Assembly: GCA_963777955.1 (NCBI GenBank)
Contig: CAVZSQ010000022.1
Coordinates: 224,001 to 288,000, forward strand
Direction: 5' to 3'
DNA length: 64,000 nt
Source: Calditrichia bacterium
GTDB taxonomy: Bacteria > Calditrichota > Calditrichia > JAJRVZ01
In this document: piece after piece, positions 11,367 to 21,590 of the stretch
How the letters are laid out: every line of letters begins with the position of its first letter
How positions within the stretch are numbered: the stretch's first letter is position 1
Translations under genes and position numbers: made by a program
The notes under the pieces: model-generated
Databases searched by the model: none
Seen by the model: the letters and a program-made list of their open reading frames with translations, nothing else
What the model was told of the DNA's origin: nothing

Positions 11367-14241
11367 ATGTCAAAGTTTACTAGCATTGTTATCCTGCTGC
11401 TGGTTTTCAGTTTTCATTTGTGGGCAGGTGTTTCGGGTAAGGTTGCGGGGGTGGTGCTGGATTCCCGGACCAGAGAACCCTTACTCGGTGTCAATGTCAT
11501 CATTGCAGGAACTATGATAGGCGCTTCGACGGATGTCGACGGTTTCTACAGTATATTGAACGTACCGCCGGGAACTTACAAACTCGAAGCCAGCTATATC
11601 GGTTACAGCAAGGTTGAAGTGCTCCAGGTGAAAGTCTTCGTTGATCTGACCACCACTATCAATCTTGAAATGGGTGAAACAACCCTGCAGTTGAATGAAA
11701 CGATTACCGTTGTAGCGGAGCGGCCCTTAATAAGGGTGGATGAAGTTACCACACGGCAATATGTTTCGACCGAAGAAATTGAGATACGGCCGGTGGACAG
11801 TTTTCAGGAAATTGCCCAGCAACAGGCCGGGGTGGTGGGAGATAACTTCCGGGGAGGACGAAGTAATGAAGTGCTGGTAATGGTGGATGGCATTGTCCTG
11901 AAAGATCCAGCGTCAACTTATTCAGGTGATATGGGCGGATTCACCTCCGATGTGGTTGAACTGGGCATTCAGGAGATGGAAGTTACCATGGGCGGTTTCA
12001 GTGCGGAATACGGCAATGTACAATCGGGTATATTAAACCTGGCCTTGCAGGAAGGACGTTCAAATTATTCCGGCCGGTTGCGCTTTACCTCTAATAATTT
12101 CGGTAATCTGAATGCTAATATTTATACTACGCAGAATTCCTATCAAATGATGGATTCAACTGATAATATCCACTGGCAGAAAAAAAACCGTCTGATAAAT
12201 TATATCTATGAATTCAACCTGAACGGTCCGGAACCATTGACTTCAGTCATACTGCCGCGGCTGGGACTGACCCTGCCCGGGGCCATGACTTTTTCACTCT
12301 CCAGCGAAATAACCGATACCCGTCACGGTTATTTCATCAATCAAAACTCGTTTGACCAGACCTATCAGGGCAAGTTAACTTATCGTATCTCGCCGGAATT
12401 CAAAATTTCCTATGGGACTATTTATAATAATAATGAATATGACTCCTACTATTACCCGGCTTCCAAGTATGGACCGGCGCCGGATTATCCGGTCAATGAT
12501 CTGAAGTTCATTTTAGCCAATACGGACACGCTGGCGCATTATGTCTATGTACAGGATCCCAGCCCCTGGCATGGTCTGCCGGATATAACCACTCTGGCCC
12601 AGACCGATACGTTTCAGGGCTCCCCTTACAACGCCATCAAAACCTATTATATGGCCGGAATGCAGGAATATCTCTGGGATACTGAGCAAAAAAGCAACAC
12701 TAACTATATAATCTGGACCCATACGTTGAGTCCCAAAATGTATTATGAAGTCAGACTGAATTATTTTTATACTAACTATCATTATGCCGGCCGCGATGTG
12801 GAAGACCGTAATTTCAACGGCGATACAGATGAGGAACTGGTTTGGAATCCGGCTCTGGCCGGTTCGCATCCAATATATCTTGAACAGGAAAATAATTACT
12901 GGTGGTACCGGGGGGATGACGAAGGTTTTCGCGATGAGAAATCGTGGACCTACAGCGCCAAAGGGGACCTGGTCAATCAGCTGACCTCCAAACACCTGTT
13001 AAAGGGCGGGTTCGAATTATATGCTCATCGAACCAAAGTGGAAAATGTCAGCTGGACGCTGGGTTATGGACAATTCCGCAAGGATATCTGGGATAAACGC
13101 AGTCTGGATTTTGGAGCCTACATTCAGGATAAGATGGAATTCACCGGACTCATCGGATTAATCGGATTGCGTTTTGATGTCTTCGACCCGGGGAGAGTGC
13201 CTTATCCCGCTAATTATGAAAATCCCTATTCCAGCAAGGACAGTCTGGGTATTCCCATTATCAATGATCCTAAATATACAAAAATACAGTATCAGTTCAG
13301 TCCGCGTATCGGTTTCTCTCATCCGATATCAGCTACCGATGTGCTCCATTTTGCTTATGGACATTACTTTCAGCGACCCGATGGATATTTCTTATACCGC
13401 AATTACCTGATGAACAGTCTGACCAAAGTCGGCAATTACATTGGTAATCCCGGTTTGAAGCCGGAGAAGACGGTATCTTACGAGCTGGGGGTTGAACATC
13501 TTTTTACTGATGATATCAAAGCTGACGGTTACCGGTTATTATAAGGATGTAAGTAATCTGATGAACTGGCGGAAATACGTTGGACGCAGTATACAGAATA
13601 TCGAATTGAATGTTTACACCAATGCGGACTACGGCAATATTAAAGGTCTGGAGTTTACCGTGGTCAAACGACCGGGTAGATTCTGGGGTGCTTCAGCCAA
13701 TTATACCTTCTCGGTAGCCAAAGGGCGCAGTTCCACTTACTCCAGCGGTTCCGGAGGATTCACGGATGTAAAACGCATGAATATCCTCGACTTCGATCAA
13801 ACCCATACAATAAATGCCAATGTTACCCTGCAAACTCCGCAGGCCTTCGGTCCGGGTATCGGCTCGTTCAAACCCTTTGAAATGTGGGTGGCCAATATTC
13901 AATTCAGCTATGGCAGCGGCTTACCGTATTCATCCTACGGCAGCGGATTGATCAATGATAAACGAATGCCGTTTACCGCCATGACCGATCTTAAATTGAT
14001 TCGCAGTTTTAATATTAAACCGGTTACCTTTGACTTGTTTATCGATATTTTTAATCTTTTCAATGACAACAATGTAAATTTTATCGGTAACACTGAATTA
14101 TATGAAGAATATTACCGGCAAACGGGGAAGCGTGATCCGTCCATAGTTGATACGGACGGTATAACCGGCGATTATATACGTCATCCGCAAACCTACAGTG
14201 TCGACCGCCAGCTTCGCTTCGGTCTGATCGTTAAATTTTAA
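11367..14241 (+). CDS. TonB-dependent receptor with N-terminal carboxypeptidase-regulatory-like domain (+1 frameshift near 13520)
   Basis: GKVAGVVLDS..GVNVII..GASTDVDGFYSILNVPPGTY, plug motifs RGGRSNEV and GGFSAEYGN, barrel motifs FSPRIGFSHPI and GNPGLKPEKT, C-terminal F. ORFs 11367-13544 and 13492-14241. Confidence 0.9.
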
Positions 14242-14267
14242 TCCGGGCATTTTAAGGGAGAAGAACC

Positions 14268-16253
14268 ATGCAGGTATATAGCAGTTTTAAAAAATTGATC
14301 TGCCTGTTATGTCTGATACTGATATCGGCCACAACAATCAGGGCGGCTGATCCAGCTGATAAAAAACCAGGACAGTTGTCCAGGGGCATACTAGCCGGAC
14401 CGGTCGTTGCAGATGATTGGGCTTTTCATCAGATCGGTACTGTCTGGCAGCGCGTAACCAATTTCGGTTTTGCCGGTGATGATGCCTATGAAAACAGGAC
14501 ACCATCATGCGATTGGCCGGGAGGATCGGGCAACTCATATCTGTATCGTGGTACATTCTGGTTGACCGCACGCATCGATGGTGTGATACATTCTTCACAG
14601 GGCGATGACCATGAATTTGCTTCCATCGATTCGGTACATGTTTTAACCGGGAATAACGCGGTGCGTTCAGAACAGGATACTTACACGCATTATTACGATG
14701 TACAGGCTCCCCTGGCTGAAGGCCATACACCTTTAGGTCTTGAGGTTACGGAACGAACCTATGCCTGGAGTGAAAGTTTCAGGGATGATTTTATTATTTA
14801 TGAATATACCATTAAGAATGTAGGCATCGATTCGGATGCTGATGGCTATCCGGATACAGCGCAAGATCTGCAGGAATTTTACTTCACTTACCGTCTGGAT
14901 GCTGATGTTTCGAAACGGGCCGACTGGGCCGCAGAAATGAAGTTCTCCAATCAGGACGACCTGGGTGCCTGCAATGCTTTTTGGGGCTGGATCGAACAAT
15001 ATTTTCCTGCCTGGTGGGCCGAATCTAACGGTTTCTTTACAGCAGAAAAAGCAGACAGCAGTATGATGTTCATGTGGGATGCGAATAATCCCGACTATCC
15101 TGCCGACAATGGTCAGGAGGACGATACCGGTAATCCGGGTGCAGACGGAACATTGCAATCTCCGGGTTTTATCTGTTTTAAAGTCATGAAGACTGATCCT
15201 CCTGAATTCAGGGTGAGTTCGTTCCATCAGAACCATATTTATAATGATCCGGCCACCGATCAGGAAGCATATGACCGGATGATGGCACCGCGGGTATTCG
15301 AAGGTCCGGTGGTCCTCAGGGGTGTACCATATCCCTACGATTACCGGGCAATATTGACGCTGGGCCCTTTGGATCAACTGGCTTATGGCGATTCGGTGGT
15401 GATCACTGCAGCCATTGGCGTGGGAGCGGATGCGGACAGCGGCGGCGTTTACAGCCTGATCGAACTGGTTAAGATAATGGATGTGGCACAACTCATTGTG
15501 GATAACGATTATAATATCGGAGCCCTGGCTGCGCAGGCTCCCGGTCTGAATATCACTTATTCAATTCAAAATGGAAGTCTCAATGGTTTGAATATCATCT
15601 GGGACAATACTCCGGAAAGCAATTCCAGATTCCGGGGCTATAAGGTATGGAAAAGCAGTAAGAAAACAGAATTGGGTGCATTCGACTGGAAACCGCTGGG
15701 TGATGGATATTATGTTATTGGACAGAATAATCCCCCTGCCGGCGATGATGCCGGGACGTACAAAATTTTTGATACGGATATTATCCGGGGATTTGATTAT
15801 GCTTATGCGGTGCAATCGGTCAGTTACGATTCAATATTTCAATTTATGGAATCAAATATTAACGCCAATTTGAAAGTTGTTACTCCAGCCAATCCGGCAA
15901 CCAACAGCCTGGACCGGGTTAAAGTAGTACCCAACCCATATATCGGCAGCGCAATCTGGAATAATTCCTTACCCAGCGATTCCGAACCCTGGGAACACCG
16001 TCTGCAATTCATCAATCTCCCCGCTGATGCCAGCATAAAAATATTTACTCTGGATGGAGATCTGGTTGAAGAAATTCGTGCCGGTCAGGGTGTACGCAGA
16101 AGTACTTCGTTTATCGGTGAAACCGGCGCCGGTGTGGCCGAATGGGATCTGATTACCCGTAATAACCAGGAAGCGGCACCGGGTATTTATCTGTATGTAG
16201 TACAATCTCCCAGCTGTGGGGAAAAAGTCGGAAAATTTGTCATTGTGCGTTAA
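14268..16253 (+). CDS. Large secreted TBDR-partner protein with FN3-like segment and atypical 'VVPNPY' CTD
   Basis: Sec signal without lipobox; FRGYKVWKS..YAYAVQS; C-terminus LDRVKVVPNPY..FINLP..IKIFTLDG..WDL..APGIYLYVV..GKFVIVR. Confidence 0.8.
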   Translation: MQVYSSFKKLICLLCLILISATTIRAADPADKKPGQLSRGILAGPVVADDWAFHQIGTVWQRVTNFGFAGDDAYENRTPSCDWPGGSGNSYLYRGTFWLTARIDGVIHSSQGDDHEFASIDSVHVLTGNNAVRSEQDTYTHYYDVQAPLAEGHTPLGLEVTERTYAWSESFRDDFIIYEYTIKNVGIDSDADGYPDTAQDLQEFYFTYRLDADVSKRADWAAEMKFSNQDDLGACNAFWGWIEQYFPAWWAESNGFFTAEKADSSMMFMWDANNPDYPADNGQEDDTGNPGADGTLQSPGFICFKVMKTDPPEFRVSSFHQNHIYNDPATDQEAYDRMMAPRVFEGPVVLRGVPYPYDYRAILTLGPLDQLAYGDSVVITAAIGVGADADSGGVYSLIELVKIMDVAQLIVDNDYNIGALAAQAPGLNITYSIQNGSLNGLNIIWDNTPESNSRFRGYKVWKSSKKTELGAFDWKPLGDGYYVIGQNNPPAGDDAGTYKIFDTDIIRGFDYAYAVQSVSYDSIFQFMESNINANLKVVTPANPATNSLDRVKVVPNPYIGSAIWNNSLPSDSEPWEHRLQFINLPADASIKIFTLDGDLVEEIRAGQGVRRSTSFIGETGAGVAEWDLITRNNQEAAPGIYLYVVQSPSCGEKVGKFVIVR

Positions 16254-16281
16254 CTATAGAATAAAGTTTGAGGTAACTGCG

Positions 16282-17277
16282 ATGTATAAAAAAATATATA
16301 TTTGGCTGATCATGGTTGCCCTGGCCTTCAGTAACCCGGTTTCAGCGCAGCAATTTGCCCCGGTAGGTACGGCGGTGGCACAATTCCTGGAAGTCGGGAT
16401 CGGTGCCCGGGGTGTGGGCATGGGAGAAGCATTTACTGCCCTGACCAATGATGTAAATTCTGTTTTCTGGAATCCGGCCGGTCTGGCCAATATACAGGAT
16501 AAGCAACTTGTTCTGAATTATAACCGCTGGCCTGCGGAGATCTCCATCGGAGGTATGGCTTTTGGTATGAACTTTGACCGGATCGGTGTCTTTACCCTGA
16601 GCGCGGTTTATCTGGCCACCGGAAAAATGGACGTGACTACAGTCTATGATCCGGAGGGCACCAGCGGTCAAACCTTTAATATCACCAACTATGCGCTGGG
16701 ACTTTCCTATTCACGATATATGACCGAACGGTTGGCCGTGGGAATTACGCTGAAGTTGGTCAGTGAGAAGTATTGGACTTACGGTTATACTACCGCTGCA
16801 ATCGATCTGGGTACTTGTTACCATACGGGATATCATGGCCTGAATATAGCCATGTCCATTTTACATTTTGGTCCCGAAGTGAAATTTTCCGGCAGGTACA
16901 TTGATAACAGCGATCCTCTGTCGGTGAACCTGAATAAGACAAAGTCATTCGAGACCTATTCGCTGCCGATCAATTTCCGTTTTGGTCTCAGCATGGATAT
17001 TCTGGAAGATAGCGAGAACCATCTGGTCGGTGCTGCCGACATGATCCATCCGAATAACAATCTGGAACAGTATAATCTGGGCCTGGAATATGGTTATTAC
17101 CGGTTGTTTTTCCTGCGCGGCGGCTATAAGTTTACTGCCGATGATGGCGGATTGAATCTGGGTCTGGGATTCAGGTATGTACTGACCGAAAAAATTTCGT
17201 TGGATCTTGATTATGCCTATTCGGCCATGGGCGTTCTTACGGATATACACCGCCTGGGTCTGGGATTTGCCTTCTAA
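16282..17277 (+). CDS. PorV/PorQ-family outer-membrane beta-barrel
   Basis: AQFLEVGIGARGVGMGEAFTA..SVFWNPAGLA, GLEY..FFLRGGY, LDYAY, terminal F. ATG at 16282 follows GAGG. Confidence 0.88.
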   Translation: MYKKIYIWLIMVALAFSNPVSAQQFAPVGTAVAQFLEVGIGARGVGMGEAFTALTNDVNSVFWNPAGLANIQDKQLVLNYNRWPAEISIGGMAFGMNFDRIGVFTLSAVYLATGKMDVTTVYDPEGTSGQTFNITNYALGLSYSRYMTERLAVGITLKLVSEKYWTYGYTTAAIDLGTCYHTGYHGLNIAMSILHFGPEVKFSGRYIDNSDPLSVNLNKTKSFETYSLPINFRFGLSMDILEDSENHLVGAADMIHPNNNLEQYNLGLEYGYYRLFFLRGGYKFTADDGGLNLGLGFRYVLTEKISLDLDYAYSAMGVLTDIHRLGLGFAF

Positions 17278-17293
17278 CAGGGACGCAAAATTT

Positions 17294-18604
17294 TTGAAGT
17301 TCTTACTGATTTTATTAATCAGCATTAGTTTGTCTGCTCAACTTGATGCTCAGACATATTTAGATATTCCCGCTTTAAGTGATTCGGTCAATCTGGATCG
17401 TTTAAAGGGTACGATAGATTCGCTGACCTGGGCGGGGGGATATCAGAATCGTGTCGCCTACAGCGCAGGAAGTTATTATTCTGCCGGTTATCTGGCCCGT
17501 TCCTTTGCTGCTTTGCCCGGAATCTCCACTGTCCAGCTGGATACGTTTTACTATACACCTGCGCAGGATCCGTATAGCCATTACCCGCTGATAAATGTGG
17601 TTGCCACCATGGAGGGTAGCAGCACTGAAACGATCATTATTGGTGCTCATTATGATGCCTCGGGCAACCGCGAAAATGAACAGGACTGGCTGAATAACTG
17701 GAGTACTCTGAAAGTTCAGGGCGCCGATGATAATGCCAGTGGTGTCGCAGCTGTTATAGAAATTGCCAGGGTGCTAAGTGATCCGGCGCAGCAGTTTGAT
17801 AATCAGTCGACTCTGCAGTTCATCGCTTTTGCCGCTGAAGAGACCCATCCCATGACAGATAGTCATCATTTGGGCAGTTTGTACGATGCCTACTGGCATT
17901 CACAACGGGGCACGAATATTAAAGCGGTGCTGGTGCTGGATATGATCGCATATAATTCTATTATGGATTATATGGAGATCATCTCTGATCCGGCATCGGT
18001 CTGGCTGGCGGATAGCATTCGGCAGCTGGCCATGATTTACCTGCCCGATCTTACCGTCAACAGTGCGCCCTATCCCAATGTAACTTACAGTGACCATCAA
18101 TCATACTGGAACTATGGTTTTCCTGCTATCCTGCTGATGGAGAACGACAGCCCCTGGAATAATGATTTGCCCTATTATAGCAACAATCCGTATTATCACA
18201 AGGTTTCTGATCTCGCTGCCACACTGAATTTTTCCTTACTGCATAAAACTACTAAACTGGCCCTGACCGCCCTGGCAGCACTGGCCTATAACTCTACGCC
18301 CAGCGGCTGGCCTGTGGAAAAAACCGCGGAGCGCAGAAGTCAGGTTGTCCCGATATCCGTTTTGCCGAATCCGTTTAACAGCACTGCAAATATAAAATTT
18401 TCGCTGCGGCAGGGTACGCCTGTAAATTTTGACGTTTATGATATAAGCGGAGGCAAGGTCGAAACGGTTATTAAGAATTTGTATTTTACTTCCGGATCCC
18501 ATACGATTCAGTGGCAGCCGGCAGGACTGGCCAGCGGAGTATATATCGGTATTCTTGATGCGGCCGGTTTTAGACAAAGTGTTAAATTAGTCTTGTTAAA
18601 ATAA
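17294..18604 (+). CDS. Secreted M28-family peptidase with T9SS-type CTD
   Basis: IGAHYD, GADDNASG, FAAEE, LDMIAY, SDHQSYW, YYH; PNPFN..ASGVY CTD. TTG start at 17294 gives a signal peptide (the ORF track starts it at 17207). Confidence 0.88.
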   Translation: MKFLLILLISISLSAQLDAQTYLDIPALSDSVNLDRLKGTIDSLTWAGGYQNRVAYSAGSYYSAGYLARSFAALPGISTVQLDTFYYTPAQDPYSHYPLINVVATMEGSSTETIIIGAHYDASGNRENEQDWLNNWSTLKVQGADDNASGVAAVIEIARVLSDPAQQFDNQSTLQFIAFAAEETHPMTDSHHLGSLYDAYWHSQRGTNIKAVLVLDMIAYNSIMDYMEIISDPASVWLADSIRQLAMIYLPDLTVNSAPYPNVTYSDHQSYWNYGFPAILLMENDSPWNNDLPYYSNNPYYHKVSDLAATLNFSLLHKTTKLALTALAALAYNSTPSGWPVEKTAERRSQVVPISVLPNPFNSTANIKFSLRQGTPVNFDVYDISGGKVETVIKNLYFTSGSHTIQWQPAGLASGVYIGILDAAGFRQSVKLVLLK

Positions 18605-18707
18605 AAGAAAATTGAGATTTTACCACGCTAAGTAGAATTAAAGCAGAAATAGTCAACTTTTTTAATTTAATTCGTTTGACATTTAATAATCAATCAGAGG
18701 AGGTCCT

Positions 18708-20372
18708 ATGAAGTCAAGTTTTATTACTATGTTATTTTGTTTAGTCATCGGGGTATTTTTAATTAATTCGCCGGTATTTGCTCAGGGTTTTACGCGTGGT
18801 ACCGAAATTGCGGTTCCGGAAACCGAACTGAATACCGGTGGTACCGGCGCCATGGTGGCCGGCGTCGATCTGGATAATGACGGCCTGACCGAGATCTATC
18901 TGGTTAACGACAACTGGAATGACACGCCGTCCGAATTAATTCCGCGTATTTATAAACTGGAGAGAAACCAGGGCGGCGTTTGGGAAGTAGTCTGGAAAGC
19001 GGTCGCACCGGTAAAACTCCAGAATACCTGGCCGCCGCTGGTAGTAGGCGACCTGGATAAGGATGGTAAAAAGGAGTTAATCTGGGGTGTGGTAAATTTT
19101 ATAACTGACTCCACTATGAATCCGTATCGTATTCTGGTTTACGAAGTAAAAGGGGATGGCAGTGATGTGCTGGGCATTTCATCCGGGGATAATTATTTGC
19201 CTAATGCTAAAACGACGATTGTAAGTGAGGATGATAAAAATATACGCCCATCCCAGTTTGTGCTGGCTGATGTAAATGAAGATACTAACGACGAGATTAT
19301 CTTTTCCGATCGTGGCGGCGAGAGCGGAGATAGCGTATTCTTTGGCGTTATTTCCGTTTCCAATATCCCCGACAACGGCGATGGCAGCGAGACCTGGACT
19401 CTGTTGACCAGTGCTTTAGATTTTGAGACCGGCGAGATTTACAACAAATGGGATGCAGCGGTGCTGGGCAAGAATTGCTACTTTTTCTGTGAAGCGCAGA
19501 TCAGCAAATTATACTGGGAAGCACAGGCCTGGCATTTTGAAGCCCTGACTCCGCTGGCGGGTGGAGCCGCCTGGCTTACTTCTCAAACTGTTGATCTGAA
19601 CAAGGATCAAACCAAGGAAATATTGACCGTGGCCTACGATTACGCAGATGACACTCATAAGGCTGTAGTGTTGCTGCAGGAAGACGGTGATTCGCTTAAA
19701 CAGACTGAATTATTCAATCTGGCCAGTTACTGGCCCACCGGAAGTCGTGGCGGAGTCGGCAGTGCGGTCGGTGATATCGATGGTGACAACTACCTGGATT
19801 ACATTTTTGGTTCCCGCGGCGGTGCAACCAATGCTTTCATTTTCCGCCTGGCTTACCGCGGGGGTGACATTACCAATCCGGCCAGTTATGAATTGACCGT
19901 CATCGATCAGGAATATGCTGTGGGCGGTGTCTGGAATGTCATCAGTTTAGCCGATGTCGATGCTGAAGCGGGATTGGAAGTATTATATACCTCCAGTATT
20001 GACGCCGGTGAGTTCCCCGATCTGGGTACCAAACCCATCATCGTTTTGAAGTACAGTGCTTCGGCAATTGGCGAGCGGGATGTCAATGTTATCAGCGAAT
20101 ATAGTTTGACACAGAATTATCCCAATCCGTTCAATCCGTGGACTGAATTCGAATTTACATTGCCCCGGGCTGCTGAAGTGAAAATTTCTATATATGATAT
20201 CAACGGCCGTCTGATTAATACACTGGTTAATGCTGGTTATCCGGCCGGACGTTATCTGGTTAAGTGGAATGGCACAGATGCCGCAGGACTAAAAGTTTCC
20301 AGCGGTACGTATTTTTATACCATGGAAGCCGATCAGGTAACTATAGCCAGGAAGATGATGCTGGTAAAATAG
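18708..20372 (+). CDS. Secreted FG-GAP/VCBS-repeat protein with FlgD-like T9SS CTD
   Basis: GAGGAGG RBS; repeats DLDNDGLTEI, GDLDKDGKKEL, DVNEDTNDEI, GDIDGDNYLD; QNYPNPFNP..KMMLVK. Confidence 0.85.
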   Translation: MKSSFITMLFCLVIGVFLINSPVFAQGFTRGTEIAVPETELNTGGTGAMVAGVDLDNDGLTEIYLVNDNWNDTPSELIPRIYKLERNQGGVWEVVWKAVAPVKLQNTWPPLVVGDLDKDGKKELIWGVVNFITDSTMNPYRILVYEVKGDGSDVLGISSGDNYLPNAKTTIVSEDDKNIRPSQFVLADVNEDTNDEIIFSDRGGESGDSVFFGVISVSNIPDNGDGSETWTLLTSALDFETGEIYNKWDAAVLGKNCYFFCEAQISKLYWEAQAWHFEALTPLAGGAAWLTSQTVDLNKDQTKEILTVAYDYADDTHKAVVLLQEDGDSLKQTELFNLASYWPTGSRGGVGSAVGDIDGDNYLDYIFGSRGGATNAFIFRLAYRGGDITNPASYELTVIDQEYAVGGVWNVISLADVDAEAGLEVLYTSSIDAGEFPDLGTKPIIVLKYSASAIGERDVNVISEYSLTQNYPNPFNPWTEFEFTLPRAAEVKISIYDINGRLINTLVNAGYPAGRYLVKWNGTDAAGLKVSSGTYFYTMEADQVTIARKMMLVK

Positions 20373-20393
20373 CATCACCTGATTCTGAAAATC

Positions 20394-20436
20394 ACTCATC
20401 CCGCAGAAACTCTTGTTTTCTGCGGGATGAGTTTTT
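20394..20436 (+). terminator. Rho-independent terminator between convergent genes
   Basis: 16-bp perfect stem ACTCATCCCGCAGAAA / TTTCTGCGGGATGAGT followed by a T run. Confidence 0.85.
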
Positions 20437-20491
20437 AGTATCTCCAGGCCAGACTGTCCGGTATAAGAATAATGTCCTATAACTAAATCGG

Positions 20492-21520
20492 TTATAAATT
20501 TTCATTAATTTTAAATAAGACCTTGGTGTATTTTCCGGATCGCGCAGCAGCTAATCCTTTTTTATAATCGGCAAGCGGCAGGATTATGACTCCCAGATCG
20601 GATAATGGTTTATTTAGCGAGGGAATAATCTGCAGAGCTCTGGCGAAGGTAAAAGGATTAATTACAGATCCATAAAGAGTCCATTCTTTTTGGAATATCT
20701 GAAACGGATTTACTGAGACGGTACTGTGTTGTGGACATACACCGAAGAACAAAAATTTGCCCAGGGGATTAAGCCGGTTCAGAGCCTGTTCAATGGCTGC
20801 GGGATTCCCGCTGCAATCGATAATGACATCGAAGCCGGTTTGATCGGCGGAGTTTTGTTTATAAATCTGATCGGGTTTAAGACAGTTCAGTTGTAAATTC
20901 TGAGCGGCTTTACAGCGGTTAGCCACGGGTTCACTGATTGTAAGGTTGGTTACTCCGGATCGCTGTAGAATAAAACTCCACAACAAACCGATTAATCCGG
21001 CTCCCAGAATCAGAATTCGCTGCTGGAGTAAAACCGGTTGAATCCGATCCCAGCCGTGCAGAATACAAGAGAGGGGTTCGGCCAGCGCGGCCCAGGCCAG
21101 ATCGATGCCTGTCGGAACCGGGTGGACCAGTGCTGACGGTACGGCACAATATTCAGCCCAGCCGCCATTACGGAAAACACCTATTGGTTTATTATTGAGA
21201 CAAAAATGTACTTCTCCCCGGCGGCAAAATTCACAGGCAGTGCAATAATTGTTAGGATCGACCGCCACCAGGTCCCCCTTTTTAAAATTATGTACGGCGG
21301 CACCACAGGCCGCTATCTTTCCTGAAAACTCATGGCCGGGAATTACCCGGTCAGCGGCAGGTGATTCTTCTTTTAAGATATGCAGATCTGTGCCACAGAC
21401 TCCGCTGTAGGCTACCTGGACAATCACTTCATGCGGTTGGGGTGCGGGTGTGGGCAGATCGACCAGTAAAATTTTACCCGGACGATTATAGTACAAAGCT
21501 TGCATTGTATTCCTATCCAT
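20492..21520 (-). CDS. Zinc-dependent alcohol/polyol dehydrogenase (MDR family)
   Basis: GVCGTDLH, GHEFSG, structural-Zn CxxCxxCx7C, AEPLSC, GAGLIG. Confidence 0.9.
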   Translation of the reverse strand: MDRNTMQALYYNRPGKILLVDLPTPAPQPHEVIVQVAYSGVCGTDLHILKEESPAADRVIPGHEFSGKIAACGAAVHNFKKGDLVAVDPNNYCTACEFCRRGEVHFCLNNKPIGVFRNGGWAEYCAVPSALVHPVPTGIDLAWAALAEPLSCILHGWDRIQPVLLQQRILILGAGLIGLLWSFILQRSGVTNLTISEPVANRCKAAQNLQLNCLKPDQIYKQNSADQTGFDVIIDCSGNPAAIEQALNRLNPLGKFLFFGVCPQHSTVSVNPFQIFQKEWTLYGSVINPFTFARALQIIPSLNKPLSDLGVIILPLADYKKGLAAARSGKYTKVLFKINENL

Positions 21521-21590
21521 CTCTATTTTTATGAAATTAAATAAGAGGCAGTATTAATTGCAAGTGGTTAAATAGAGCGGGAAAAACGGT

